Assembly: GCA_951406725.2 (NCBI GenBank)
Contig: OX597815.1
Coordinates: forward strand, 168,764,001-168,828,000
Direction of reading: 5' to 3'
DNA length: 64,000 nucleotides
Source of the DNA: Octopus vulgaris
Lineage: Eukaryota
Below are positions 38,545 through 52,182 of the stretch, one piece after another. The position numbers and the translations under genes were made by a program. A model generated the notes under the pieces. The model had not been told where the DNA came from. It saw only the letters and a list, made by a program, of their open reading frames with translations, and did no database searches. Position 1 is the stretch's first letter. Every line of letters begins with the position of its first letter.

Positions 38545-39137
38545 TGAAACAGCAGCCAAATTCTAAATCACACCTTACTGTCTTATGTATATATATATAT
38601 GAGCCAATGAGGGGACCTCAATGGTAGCTAGACCTGGTAGAAATAGCCATTCCCCACCTTACTGTCTTATCTATGTATATATGTATGTAGAGCCTATGAG
38701 GGCCCTACATGGCAGCTAGACCTGTAGAAATGAGCCAAATTTCCCCAAATCACACCTACTGTCTTATCTATGTATGTATGTATGAGCCTGAGGAGACCCT
38801 ACATGGCAGCTAGACCTGGTAGAAATAGCAGCCATAAATCACACCTTACTGTCTTATCTATGTATATATGTATGTATGAGCCTAGAGGAGACCCCAATGG
38901 CAGCAGACCAGAAATGGCAGCCAAATTTCCCCCAAATCACCTTACTGTCTTATCTATGTATATATGTATGTATGACTAAGGGCCCTACATGGCAGCAGAC
39001 CTGGTAGAAGCAGCCAAATTTCCCCCAAATCACACCTTACTGTCTTATCTATGTATATATGTATGTATGAGCCTATGAGAACCTACATGGCAGCTAGAAT
39101 GGTAGAGCACCTCAAATCACACCTTACTGTCTTATCT
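38545..39137. repeat. Minisatellite, about 7 copies of an 80-100-bp unit
   Basis: Recurring TCACACCTTACTGTCTTATCTATGTATATATG...CCTACATGGCAGCTAGACCTGGTAGAAATAGCAGCCAAAT with many small indels. Confidence 0.9.
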
Positions 39138-39173
39138 TTCTGCTACTTATATTCGTCAAAAACTTTCCTGTCA

Positions 39174-39210
<37 letters not shown>

Positions 39211-39221
39211 GCGCACCCTCA

Positions 39222-39252
<31 letters not shown>

Positions 39253-39630
39253 TCACACACCGCACGTTAGCTTACAATTTTATTTATATATTTGGTGTCT
39301 GTGTTGAAAGGGAAGTGAGGCGGGAAGAATCACTCATGTAAGTAAATACTTTCATTTTATTCGCTGCCACTGTGTGTGCGTTTGTGTGGTGTAACCAGAC
39401 TAAGAAAAGCATTTGACACACACCAGAATGTGAGTTTTCTGTAAATTTTGCTTAATTGGAGTTTAAATTTAAAAACTGACCTGGCATGACGCGATGCATT
39501 GTACTCTTAAAATTGCTAAATTGTAATTGAAGAAATCCTATATTGTAGATTTGTATAACTCCAGGAGGCAGATAAAATCTGCCTTTTATAATAAGAGATA
39601 CATATATATGTATGTATATATATATATGTA

Positions 39631-39661
<31 letters not shown>

Positions 39662-39805
39662 ATGTATGTATGTATGTATGTATGTATGTATATATGTATG
39701 TATGCGTATGTACTCTGCATATTCATGTGTCCTTTTGTGTGTATGTGTGTGTGTATGTGTGTGTGTGTGTGAAGTGTACGTGTGTATATGGTCATGTGTT
39801 TCAGT

Positions 39806-40273
39806 TGTAGGAGCAGTTACCAAGTTAAACAAGCTGGCCAATAGAGGGTATAAGCAACATTAAGGTTCAGACACCCACCTCTTCCTCTTTTGGCATCTGG
39901 ATGTCGGACAGCGAAGACGCAATCTAGTTGGCTCTCTCTCACGACACGTGGCGACTAGCAGACAGGAGGCAACGTACAGGAGAAGACCATGGCCTCCACG
40001 CATCAACCATTTCCATTTATCATTCAGCTTGTATGTATACGTGTGACCGGCATTAAAGACTTTTATAGTTACAAACTTGTTTTATATATTCTTTATACTG
40101 TGTTCCTGTCAAATGATATTACAGCCTTCTGAATAGGATATTTAGATGGCTCTACAACCAGGAAACAAACATACCATCTAAAATGGTGACCCGACGTGGA
40201 ACACAGACTATCTAAAATGGTGACCCGATGCAGCACACACCACAATTCCTTCTAAAATATTGAACCCCGGACG
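39806..40273 (+). mobile_element. Gypsy-like 5' LTR plus tRNA-Trp primer-binding site(s)
   Basis: Starts TGTAG, TATAA at about 39849, ATTAAA at 40052, CTACA at 40152. TGGTGACCCGACGTG at 40184 resembles the complement of the tRNA-Trp 3' end and recurs at 40218. Confidence 0.65.
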
Positions 40274-40339
40274 AATCCTGACCAGTGGATACGTATTCCT
40301 TTTTTTCTCCTTCGCGACTTCGCCTACGCGGCCACCTAG

Positions 40340-41850
40340 ATAGGACACCTAGAGAGGAGTCGCAGGATGCAAATTATGAAACAAGCTGAAGATGGGTTAA
40401 CAGCAATTAATAGCTCAAAGCTACCAAGTAAATATAAAATTTTGTGCTTACAGTTCGGCTTGTATCCGCGCCTTTTGTGGCCACTTCTAATATACGAGGT
40501 GGCATTTTCATGAGTTCAAATCATTGAACAAAAATGTAATGTGTTCATTAGAAAGTGGCTAGGCTTACCACGGATATTGAACAGTTCAGCTATCTATCGT
40601 AAAAGAGGCACGTTGGAGTAACCACTGGCGACAATAGTCGAAATTTATAAACTAGGGAAGGTACGAACGGTGATGAGGCTAAGAGAGCCGAAGGATATAG
40701 AAATCAAGCGTAATTCACCAGGTGTAAAAACAGTCAGGAAGTGGAAAGCAGAAGTAGAAACCGATGACATTTTGTTTTCGCTTACGCAGCAAGGTATAGG
40801 GGGTGCAATGCAAATTCATCGGAAGGGACTTGGATTTTAGTGCAGATAGATTCAGACCGTTTGTAAGCACGATGCGGAGCGAACGCAGATCTGTTGTTAG
40901 CAACAGCATCAAAACAAGAGAAACACAAACAAGAGAGCTTCATTTTATCCAATGCGCTCAACAAGGACAGGCGGCGAAATGGGAGTTGGAATGAGATATG
41001 GAGGTGGACTACGATATCTTGCCATCACCTACAAATCTAGTAAGATGGAAAGACTATATTTCAGTGTTCCGACTTTTCTGCATCTGCATATATCATTTTC
41101 TGAGATATTCTATCTGTTCACTGGCATTGAACAGATATACGTGGAGACACAATCTGGTCTTTAAGTTATCTTCAATGTTATAAAGATCTAAATTGTTCTC
41201 ATCAGCAGTAGCAAAAAAGACATCGGAAGATCCAACGAGAAACTTCATTACCTTCGTGCGCTCAAAACAGCAGATCCGTTTGACGAAGAAACTTCCTGTG
41301 AGCGATGAAAATAGAACGGCTATTGGGAGATGGCTTGCAGATTTACCAGGGTGCCAAGGATTCTTTCCCATTCCAGTTACGAAGAAACCGGATATCATAA
41401 TATGGTATGAAAGTAAGTGGTAAATCTAATCGAGTTAACGGTTCCTCATGAAAATATCATGGCCGAAGCTCGGGCTCGAAAGATTGACCGTTATGTAAAC
41501 CTCCTCGAGAAATGTGAAGACGCAGGTTAGAAAGCGGAACATTTTCCAATCGAAATCGAATGTAGAGGATTCGTTGGACAGTGTGAGACGACTGTGTTTA
41601 TCGTTAGGCCTAACTCCTCGTAAAGCAGACACCAGCATGAGTGATATCCAAACTACAGTGGAAAAGGCAAGCCACTGGATTTGGTTAAAAAGAGACGATG
41701 AGCAATGGCTAAAAGAATATTGAGAGTAACCTGATAACCAGTTGATCTAGAAAACAGGGCCTCGTTTCAGTGAGGGGGTGGTGGTGCGCAATGATGCTGT
41801 CGAGAGGTAGGCCCGAAACTGCGAGCATTCTCTCCTGATGACCCCATACA
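40340..41850 (+). mobile_element. HERO-like RLE LINE, degraded 3' portion
   Basis: Broken translation KLPSKYKILCLQFGLYPRLLWPLLIYEV...IRKWLGLPR...KKPDIIIW...ELTVPHE...RKIDRY...FPIEIECRGF...EKASHWIWLKR. Confidence 0.85.
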
Positions 41851-41924
41851 CTTGCTGGCATTCGGTATACGGAGCTTTTCGACTAGTAGCACTTGCATGT
41901 GCAAGTTGTTTGCAAAAGACACAC

Positions 41925-42466
<542 letters not shown>

Positions 42467-42655
42467 TGAGTGTATTTTTACCTTGTTAACAATTAACACG
42501 GAAAAAAAAATAGTTACCAGGGCAGCAAAAATCTCACAGGTAAAGGTGTTGTAACTCCTTGTTTATAAAGGTAGAAACTTCGTGTTTACGTTGAATATTT
42601 TGAATAATATGAATAAAAAAAAATGGAGTTAACGCAGGTGTAATCAAATATTTTT

Positions 42656-42741
42656 ACTTTCGACACATGTTTCGAAATTTCCACTGATACTATTCAAAAG
42701 AATAAATGGTATACACAATGCAATCTTCTCCTCAGGAAAGT
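42656..42741 (-). ncRNA. Type-I hammerhead ribozyme (inverted copy)
   Basis: Reverse complement of 42795-42880 with the core intact. Confidence 0.7.
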
Positions 42742-42794
42742 GAAAAAAAACGAAACTCGTCAATAAGACATTTTAGCAAAAAATCGTTTTTTTC

Positions 42795-42880
42795 ACTTTC
42801 CTGAGGAGAAGATTGCATTGTTTATACCATTTATTCTTTTGAATAGTATCAGTGGAATTTTCGAAACATGTGTCGAAAGT
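42795..42880 (+). ncRNA. Type-I hammerhead ribozyme
   Basis: Stem I ACTTTC/GAAAGT, CTGAGGA at 42801, stem II GAAGATT/AATTTTC, GAAA at 42863, minimal stem III C-ATGT-G, GTC cleavage site after 42874. Confidence 0.72.
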
Positions 42881-43247
42881 AAAAATATTTGATTACATCT
42901 GCGTTAACTCCATTTTTTTATTCATATATATATATAAGAGAGAGAGAGACAGAGAGACAGAGAGAGAGAGAGAGGTTGTATACTGTCAACTTAACGTGAC
43001 AGTCCCGTAAGGGAATTACACCACCGCTATTTAGCTCTAGGAAGCATCGACGCTTCCTGTCGGCCTTGACACATTTCCTGTGTCCTTATATATCTACGAA
43101 GGGGAGACAAACACCCCCAACAGCTAGGCCTATATATATATATTGTTTTAGCGATTGAGGATGCCACCTTGCTGGCTAGGCGAGAAGGCCAACATTCTCC
43201 TAGATCTGAAGACTAGTCTGTGGCAGGGTTACCTTACCCATTTATAG

Positions 43248-43334
<87 letters not shown>

Positions 43335-43338
<4 letters not shown>

Positions 43339-44620
43339 TAAAACGGTAAGATAACAAAAGAAAGAAAGAGAACTCAATATTATGTAAATAGAGGAAATTT
43401 ATCTATACAATAATATGTTACATTACTCGATAGTCAAGATAAAACTCAGGTGCCGAAGTGGGAATCCACGACATCTCTTCGGTTATCTGGCTATTTGAAA
43501 ACGCTATGAAAAAATACCGTTATACAAAGGGAAATTACTGTGTTATAACTCTGCTTGCCTGCGTACTTATACATCGCTCGCATTTTTCGCCATAAAAATT
43601 ATATAAAAATACATAAAAATTATATCAAAAATATATAAAAATATATAAAATGTATAATAGAAGGTGTGATGAGGTAAAAAAAACCTTCTTGGGACATAAC
43701 ATAGAAAGCATGTTCTATCTGTTTTCTTTAGGGGACCAAAAACGTAACAGAAATTTAGTCATATATGGGCATGATCCGAAAAGTTCAGTCCTTGTGTTTA
43801 GACATGTAGTAGGGTCTAAGCTGCTTTTCCAGATAAGCCATCTCTCCATGTCGCATAGACCGCACCTTCCGCTGCCGTTGGTATAGGGCTTACATCTGGC
43901 CAAAATCTTCCAATGTATGACACCTTTATCTCTTAAAGACCAAATATGTTTAGATAATTGTGTCGCTTTTCTTTTGTTCCAGTGCCTAAAGCTCAAAGTG
44001 TGGTTATTGAACCTGGCCTTGAAGTTACCCTCTGTAAGGCCCACGTATTTCTTCGTCGAAACGGTGTCTTTAGTGGTTATAGAGTCTACGGTAGCTTCAT
44101 ATATGATGGTCTTGGACATGCAAGCTCCATTTAGCGGGCACAATTCTTTATTCCTGCATTAACAGCTGTTTTCTTGTTGTGTTTTTTGTATGTTATGTTT
44201 GATTATGTTTTTAAAATTGGTAGTGGAACTAAAACTAATTTTTAAATTGTGTCTATTGAAGAGTTTCCTATAAGTATGGTTAACTGGAAAATGTCTATCT
44301 ATCAGTGCTAGGAAATATTTACCTATATTGAAGGCCACCTCGGGTGAGTAAGAGGGCGTAAACCAGATGACCTTCCTATTTCTATTATTCCTTTTCCTTA
44401 CTGTTGGGATAGTAATGGGTGTATATTTTATTTTTTCGCTAAAACCACTATCTTTTAAAGCCTTATTATAAACTGGGGCAACGCTATTGAAGATGTCCTT
44501 ATCAGAGGAGAGGCTAGAAATCCTCTTACTAATATTTTTAACTAAATTTTTGAATACTATAGGGGGATGGCATGAACCTACATTAATATAACTTAGTCTA
44601 TCATTGGGCTTCCTAAAAGA
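43335..44620 (-). mobile_element. PLE (Neptune-like) 3' portion with GIY-YIG endonuclease
   Basis: ORF 43715-44143 CPLNGAC...IIYEATV...YVGLTEGNFKARFNNH...CGLCDMER...LNTRTEL. Upstream RT thumb YINVGSCHPP...ISKRISSLS and RKVIWFTPSYS. In-frame stop at about 44160. Confidence 0.9.
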
Positions 44621-45099
44621 GTATAATAATTTAAATTTTAAGAACTACGTGCAGAGAAATGAAACCAAATGGTATCACATTTACGTGGCAAAAGATTCAT
44701 TAAAGAAAAGCCTTACTTTGACAGCTAATAATCATTCGTTGTGGATGATTACATCTAAAAGAAGTTAACTAACTTTGATCAGGAGGAGTTGATGTCAGCC
44801 TATTAGCTGTGCCCATACTGGGGCACTAATATCAGTAGTTGTTAATGCAGTTGTTCTTTAGTCGCAGGTCAGCCCTGATCGAGCGGTCAAATGATCAAAG
44901 TTATCATGAATTTCATTTAAACATTTATCTGCTTTACAATTTAAATCCAATCCGTGACAATAAATATTTAATATCTATGTAACAAGATGTGCAAACAAAT
45001 AGACATATAGGCACTATCTGAGTATTACATGCACACACACACATATATATTACATGCATATATATATATATATATATATATTACATGCACACACACACA

Positions 45100-45162
<63 letters not shown>

Positions 45163-45164
45163 CT

Positions 45165-45537
45165 GCAGGCGTGGCTTTTTGGTAAATAGCTTGCTTACCA
45201 ACAACATAGTTCTGGGTTCAGTTCCACTGCGTGGCACCTTGGGCAAGTGTCTTTTACTATAGCCTCGGACCGACTAATGCCCTGTGAATGGATATGGTAC
45301 GCGGAAACTGGAAGAAGCCTGTCGTATATATGTGTGTGTGTTTGTGTCTTTGTCCTCCCACTATCGCTTGACAACCGATGGTGGTGTGTTTATGTGCCCG
45401 TAACTTAGCGGTTCGGCAAAAGAGACCGGTAGGATAAGTGCTAGGCTTACAGAGAATAAGTCCAGGGGTCGATTGGTTCGACTGAATGCGGTGCTCCAGC
45501 ATGGCTGCAGTCAAATGACTGAAACAAATAAAATGAT
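45165..45537 (+). mobile_element. SINE family A, full length
   Basis: Head, core and tail as in the other copies. Confidence 0.88.
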
Positions 45538-45684
45538 AAATATATATATATATAACTGTCATAAGGTAAGTGCTTTCCTGTGGCTAAGAGTTGTTCAGGC
45601 TCTTATTTCTAACACCCTCAGTCACTTTAGTGACGTCTACACTTGTGCCTTTTGCTTGTAAATTGCGAATAAACCAACTTAATA

Positions 45685-45729
<45 letters not shown>

Positions 45730-45950
45730 ATCCAAACAAGAAAGCACAAAAAAACACAACAACGCGAGGACGTGGAACAAATATAGTATTATTGGACGCT
45801 CAGGAAAGAAGGAGGGTTTAACGTTTCGAGCGGAGCTCTTCGTCGGAAACATACGAGAAGGAAAGATCCAGAGAAGGGAAGACAGAGGAAAAAAAATCGC
45901 CAACGGTACACACGCGGTCTCATTTTGAATATACTCTAGTATATTTTTAT

Positions 45951-46002
<52 letters not shown>

Positions 46003-46007
<5 letters not shown>

Positions 46008-46632
46008 TCAATATAGGGTGGCAAAAAATTTTGTAGAATTTTTTTGCCACCAGCGGCCTAGTGGGAAAAAATTAAATAGTCATAGACCATTTTTAAGTTC
46101 AACATCACAATCAAGGAACGGCCATAATAGGCCATTCACCCACTAGAAATAACAGCCAAAGCTTCAACCGCAAAATAACATTAATTCCGCAAACCAGGAG
46201 AAAATTAAAAAACATTTACCCTGTAATTTCTTATACGATGCACCGTTTCATCTACTGTTTAATGGTAAACTAACCTGATTAAATTAAATCAAGCCAATCT
46301 TCCATAGGCCCTTAGATTCGTCAGTAAGAAATAGCCAGAACGGAACAGATATTTTCACGAGGCATTTCTGTCCTTGCCTCGGCAATATCTGACCTAAAAT
46401 TTTCAAATCATCGCACTCGCGCCAAATTTATCGGCAGCAAATAAATATAAGCCGCCGATTCCATTACGGAATTAACCAGAAAATTCATAATTAATCAATA
46501 TAGGGTGGCAAAAAATTTTGTAGAATTTTTTTGCCACCAGCAACCTAGTGGGAAAAAATTAAATAGTCATAGACCATTTTTAAGTTCAACATCACAATCA
46601 AGGAACGGCCATAATAGGCCATTCACCCACTA
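46003..46632 (-). mobile_element. 487-bp pLTR/retrozyme-like unit with 143-bp terminal redundancy
   Basis: 46003-46145 is directly repeated at 46490-46632. Flanked by (TA)n, non-coding, contains a hammerhead. Confidence 0.8.
46226..46332 (-). ncRNA. Type-I hammerhead ribozyme, intact core
   Basis: Minus strand: stem I ATTTCTTA/TAAGAAAT (8 bp), CTGACGA, stem II ATCTA/TAGAT, GAAA, stem III ACGGT-GC-ATCGT, GUA cleavage triplet at 46234. Confidence 0.8.
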
Positions 46633-47467
<835 letters not shown>

Positions 47468-47479
47468 AAAAATATACTA

Positions 47480-49417
47480 GAGTCATACCCTTTATTAGAG
47501 AGAAACTAAATGTAAACTTATGGTCCTTCGCAGGCGAGGTCATCACCTGCTTCGACCTGCTTCAAAACAAAAACACATCCTGTTTCCTACAATTTGACAC
47601 CAACAGTTATTACGTCTCTATATCACCTATCTTCCTTAAAAACGCCCTTACTTTAGCTAAAAACCTAACCAACATAACCTCCTTAGAAATTGATGTAATT
47701 CTATCTGCCAGGCAGACCCTCATAGCCTTCGATAATAAGCTTTGGTCCCGCGCTAACGTCAACACGAACAGAAGCAACTTCTTTGATATAAGCATGGACT
47801 CATCCGCTCAGGTCACGGATCTAGTCGGACTGTACTTCGTTCAACAGCTCCGCACACAACTCCCCTACATCAAAGGAGGTTTATATAGAGATGATGCATT
47901 GTTAATTACAACTGGCCTAATAAAATCTGCATTAGAAAAAACTAGAAAATGTTTACATAAATTCTTCGCTGAAGTTGGCGAAGAATTTATGTACACATTT
48001 TCTAGACGCTACATTAGATTTAAACTCTTCACAATACTTTCCATATCATAAACCCAATCAATACATCAACACAGAATCTTGAATCTTGCCTATATAAATC
48101 TACTTTCGAGAGCATAATTAAAGGCATATCCATCAGAATACCCGGTCTTTAATAACTACGCCAATTACTATAACCAAGCTCCAGCTGCTAGTGGTTTCTC
48201 CCAGAAGATTAGATTTATACCCAACGCTAGACTTAAGGAGCACCTCTCGAAATTTAGCTCTAGGCAAACCCATTTGTGGACTCTGTTCAAAAGAAGTCCT
48301 CAACATTTAACCCATAACTCACTACAACTTCTTAATAAACACAACGAACCCTTCGCTACGTGTAAGCACATATTCTTCCGCACTCTTAAATTCTTTCATA
48401 AATCTAAATGTAAGTTCACCCCCACCCTCCACGAATAACACCCACATACAAACCTCCACGATCATTAGCACATACTCCAATATATCTCTATCTCTCCTAT
48501 ATCTCTTCTATCTACCTTATCTCCTATATATCTTCTATATACCTTACCTCATCACTTTATAATATAAATATTAATTCTTTAATCTACCTTTAATTTATTT
48601 TTAAACCTTAACCCAATAAATCCCCTAATATTTAATTCTAACTCCGACTCCTAAATAATTTAACATTTAACTAGTCTCTCTATTCTCGACTACCTACACA
48701 CCCATAACCCCATTGCTAAAAATAACTCTACAGCCAGACCTTAGCCACAACGGACACAAGTATTTACTACTAGATTTCCTCTCTAATCCCTATAGACTAG
48801 GAGAATACTACTGGCATCTACTATTCTCTTTAAATTCCTTTCATTTTACTCTATTTTGTTTATTTTTTTACGTTATCTTCCTTTATCTCCTCGTCCTCTC
48901 ACTTATCTCCCTGGCTATCTTCGTACAATATATTCTTAGACACTATATGCTTATATATCTTACTTTATCCTAAAGCCAATCCTTAACTTCCCCCCTCACT
49001 CTACCTCTTTTTCTATTTATTTACTTTTCTTTCTTACCACTTAATAGCCACCTCTGCTACCATTCTATTATTGAACGTTGATATGTTTGCATCTTTTTTC
49101 TTGATGTTTACAATAACAAGACTTTAACCCACATGGATCTACGCAGGATTGCACCTGAGGACTTACTTCTACAACATCGGAAAGTTGAACTGTGAACTTT
49201 TATGCTTCTTTTTCTTCTCTCTCTTCATCTCTTTGTTCCTTTACCCCTGTCCTCTACGTTGTCATTTCATTAACCTATACCCTTCTCATTTTCCCTATTT
49301 GTCTCTAATGATGGAATATCCCACTCTCTGGGATATCACAGAAACAGCAGTAAAACTTTGAATTTTTTTCCAATAATAATAATGATGTTTGCCTTGCCTT
49401 AACGTTTGTTGTCTTCT

Positions 49418-49430
<13 letters not shown>
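47480..49430 (+). mobile_element. Degraded PLE (Neptune-like RT) with 3' pLTR
   Basis: FLQFDTNSYYVSIS...ILSARQTL...FFDISM.SSAQVTDLVGLY...GGLYRDDAL (ORF 47794-48051). Degenerate hammerhead CTAATGA...GAAACAGCAGTA at about 49305-49352. Confidence 0.75.
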
Positions 49431-49456
<26 letters not shown>

Positions 49457-50028
49457 TAATGCAAAAACACTGTCTCTAAGCCTGTTTTTTTTACATTGGT
49501 TTGATATCGTTGTCATATAGTCCTATAGTGTACATGCGTAAGTATAAATATGGCATGCATGTGGGAAGAGTGCTGGTAAGAATGCAACATGAATGAAGCA
49601 CTAACATCAATAATGGAAAACAAAGTAAGGCTATAAGATGAAATGCAATTATACTAAAAGAACGACCATTTATAAAGCAATGAAAAATTACTACCTAAAT
49701 ACTGCCAATAAATTTTAATATAACACACGCTATGATGCAATTTTAATACAGTTGTTAATGTTCGTTACTAAACGCAGTATCATCGTAAATACAGTTATTT
49801 TATTTAAGTTTATGTGTCGTCAAAAATTAAGCCCATCTCATTCACATTATTGTCACCCGTTTGATGCAAAGCAAACGAAAGTATATTCTTTGTTTATAAA
49901 TACCAAGTAGTTATACGATTAAATACTGTTACATACTAAAGAAAGTGAAGCGAAACAAGGTGATATGTAGGTATATAATAGCAATGTAATGTTAGTATTA
50001 CTTATGCTAAAGCTATGGGTATATATGT

Positions 50029-50303
50029 GGAGGCACATGGCCTAATGGTTAGAGAAGCGGGCTTGCGGTCGGGGGATCGCGATGTGTGTGTTTATGAGCG
50101 AAGCACCTAAGCTCCACGCGGCTCCGGTAGAAGGTAATGGTGAACTTCTGCTGACTCCTTCGCCACAACTTTCTCTCACTTTTATCTCCTGGATCTTGCA
50201 GCTCACCTGCGACGGGCCGGCGTCCCGTCCAGGTGGGGAAGCTATACGCCACGGAAACCGGCTCTTATGAGCCAGGCGTGGCTCGAGAAGAAACAAACAA
50301 AAT
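50029..50303 (+). mobile_element. V-SINE-like tRNA-derived SINE
   Basis: Head GGAGGCACATGGCCTAATGGTTAGAG, CTGCGACGGGCCGGCGTCCCGTCCAG module related to family C, (AAAC)n tail. Confidence 0.7.
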
Positions 50304-50811
50304 GAAAAAAAAATGGGCATATATACACAAATATGCTCCATCGATTTTGTTTCCCCATAACTTCCAGAAAAATGAATATTTTTGAATGAAATTTTCTATA
50401 AATAAGCCTCAGATGGTATAGATTTCCATTATATCTGAATTTGTTGTGAAAAAATGTTTTCAGGGCAAGCAGATTTAGTAGATTCAGAAAATTCACACAG
50501 GTTGACTTTCTTTCCTCCTAACTTTTGGAAAAATGGGTATTTCTAAATGACAATTTCAACAAATACCATTCAGAGTGTGTAGAATACGATTACATCAGAA
50601 TTTAATATGGAAATAAAACTAGTGGGATAGCACACATACATACTGGCGCTCATCACATTATTTTTCAAAAACTTTATAATCATAACAAATTCCAATATAA
50701 TCTAAATCTACACAAACCAAAGTGTAGGTGTAGAAAATTTCATTAAAATATATCTATGTTTCTGAAAATTTTGAGCAAAGAAATTCATTGGTGTAGGTAT
50801 GCTTCAGCTAA

Positions 50812-50966
50812 CAATGGCCGATTACTGCAAATCATTATGCATGCACATGGTTCTGTATTTAGTCTCACTGCATGACACCTTGGGCAGTGTTTTCTACTAT
50901 AACTCTGGGCCGACCAAATCCTTGTGAATGGATTTGCTAAACAAAAACTAAAAGACAAAGCCTGTC

Positions 50967-50970
<4 letters not shown>
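50812..50970 (+). mobile_element. SINE family A head, diverged
   Basis: CACATGGTTCTG...ACACCTTGGGCAGTGTTTTCTACTATA...CCTTGTGAATGGATTTG. Confidence 0.7.
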
Positions 50971-51014
<44 letters not shown>

Positions 51015-51356
51015 CATCCTTCATCTGCAGTTTTCTGCATAAACATGTCTGGTCATGAGGAATTATTACCTTGCTTGGAAATATGGGTTTGCAGCAGGAA
51101 GGGTGTTGGTCATAGAAAATCTGTCTCTGTCTGACAAATTCTATCTTACCTCTACAAGCATGGAAAAGTGGATGTAGTTAAGACAAAATAACAATAAAGA
51201 GTATAAGAGATATAACTAAACTTGGTGCACACCACAGCTATATTCATAATTAGAATAACTAAGTCATGAAGATTTAAGGATTTCTTCCAAGGATGCAGAA
51301 TGACACCAGTGATAGAATATGAACTGTCAGGCAACAGCTCACATTCTATTATTTAA

Positions 51357-51590
51357 AGCAGCAAGCTGGCAGAAACGTTAGCACACCGGGCGAAATGCTT
51401 AGCAGTATTTTGTCTGCTGCTACGTTCTGAGTTCAAATTCCGCCGAGGACGACTTTGCCTTTCATCCTTCTAGGGTCGATTAAATAAGTACCAGTTACGC
51501 ACTGGGGTCGATATAATCAACTTAATCCGTTTGTCTGTCCTTGTTTGTCCCCTCTGTGTGTAGCCCCTTGTGGGCAGTAAAGAAATAAGA
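51357..51590 (+). mobile_element. SINE family B, full length
   Basis: Matches family B from head to tail. Confidence 0.9.
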
Positions 51591-51731
51591 AAATGAACTG
51601 TCAGTATTAATTATGGCCAGCAGATTAATTTGCAACTGTGCTAATTCATCCAACTATAACTCTCAATAACAAAGAAAGAAAGGTGGTAACAAAAAGAGTA
51701 GTTACAAGAGATTTATATAAAATAATTTTGC

Positions 51732-51737
51732 TTTATT
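51732..51737 (-). terminator. Candidate polyadenylation signal for ANAPC4
   Basis: AATAAA on the minus strand about 100 nt downstream of the stop codon. Confidence 0.5.
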
Positions 51738-51833
51738 CCATGGCATTGATAAGTTGCCATCATCTCAAATCAGTCTCAATTACATTAATATGTACACCCT
51801 AACTGAAACATCTTTCTACAGAACTATTATTCA

Positions 51834-52079
51834 TTATTCTGTTTCCATAACACTGGTGTTCTCCTTGTCTTCATCATCTGCAGCTAGAGAATCGCCCTCG
51901 GCAGTGCTTGGTTCAGGAGCTTCTGCAGCAGATGTCCATGCTTCGCTCTCGCTTTTATCAACCGTTTTGCATTCATTTGCAGAAGCTTCGTTGCAGCTAG
52001 AATCAAACATTGTGTCGTCGTCTTCATCATCTTCAGCGTCGAGTAAAAACACTCGACAACGGCGTCGGGAGGAGAATAA
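51834..52079 (-). CDS. ANAPC4: Anaphase-promoting complex subunit 4, last coding exon
   Basis: Acceptor tttctttcattggcag|, phase 0. LFSSRRRCRVFLLDAEDDEDDD...METE* parallels the recalled human APC4 LSSNLRHVRVFEMDIDDE plus acidic tail. TAA at 51834-51836. Confidence 0.9.
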   Translation of the reverse strand, partial: LFSSRRRCRVFLLDAEDDEDDDTMFDSSCNEASANECKTVDKSESEAWTSAAEAPEPSTAEGDSLAADDEDKENTSVMETE

Positions 52080-52182
52080 CTGCCAATGAAAGAAACAATT
52101 TTTATAAAAACACTGTTTTAAAAATAATGCTTTAATATAACATTCTTTGGAGCTTTTTTTTTTCAGTCAATCACTTTCTGAT

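Noticed and set aside
38545-39137. CRISPR-like appearance of regular repeats
   Set aside because: The whole unit is repeated with no unique spacers. The context is eukaryotic and there are no cas genes.
43410-43490. Hammerhead in the pLTR of the GIY-YIG PLE
   Set aside because: Only CCGAAGA remains on the minus strand; the GAAA box is missing.
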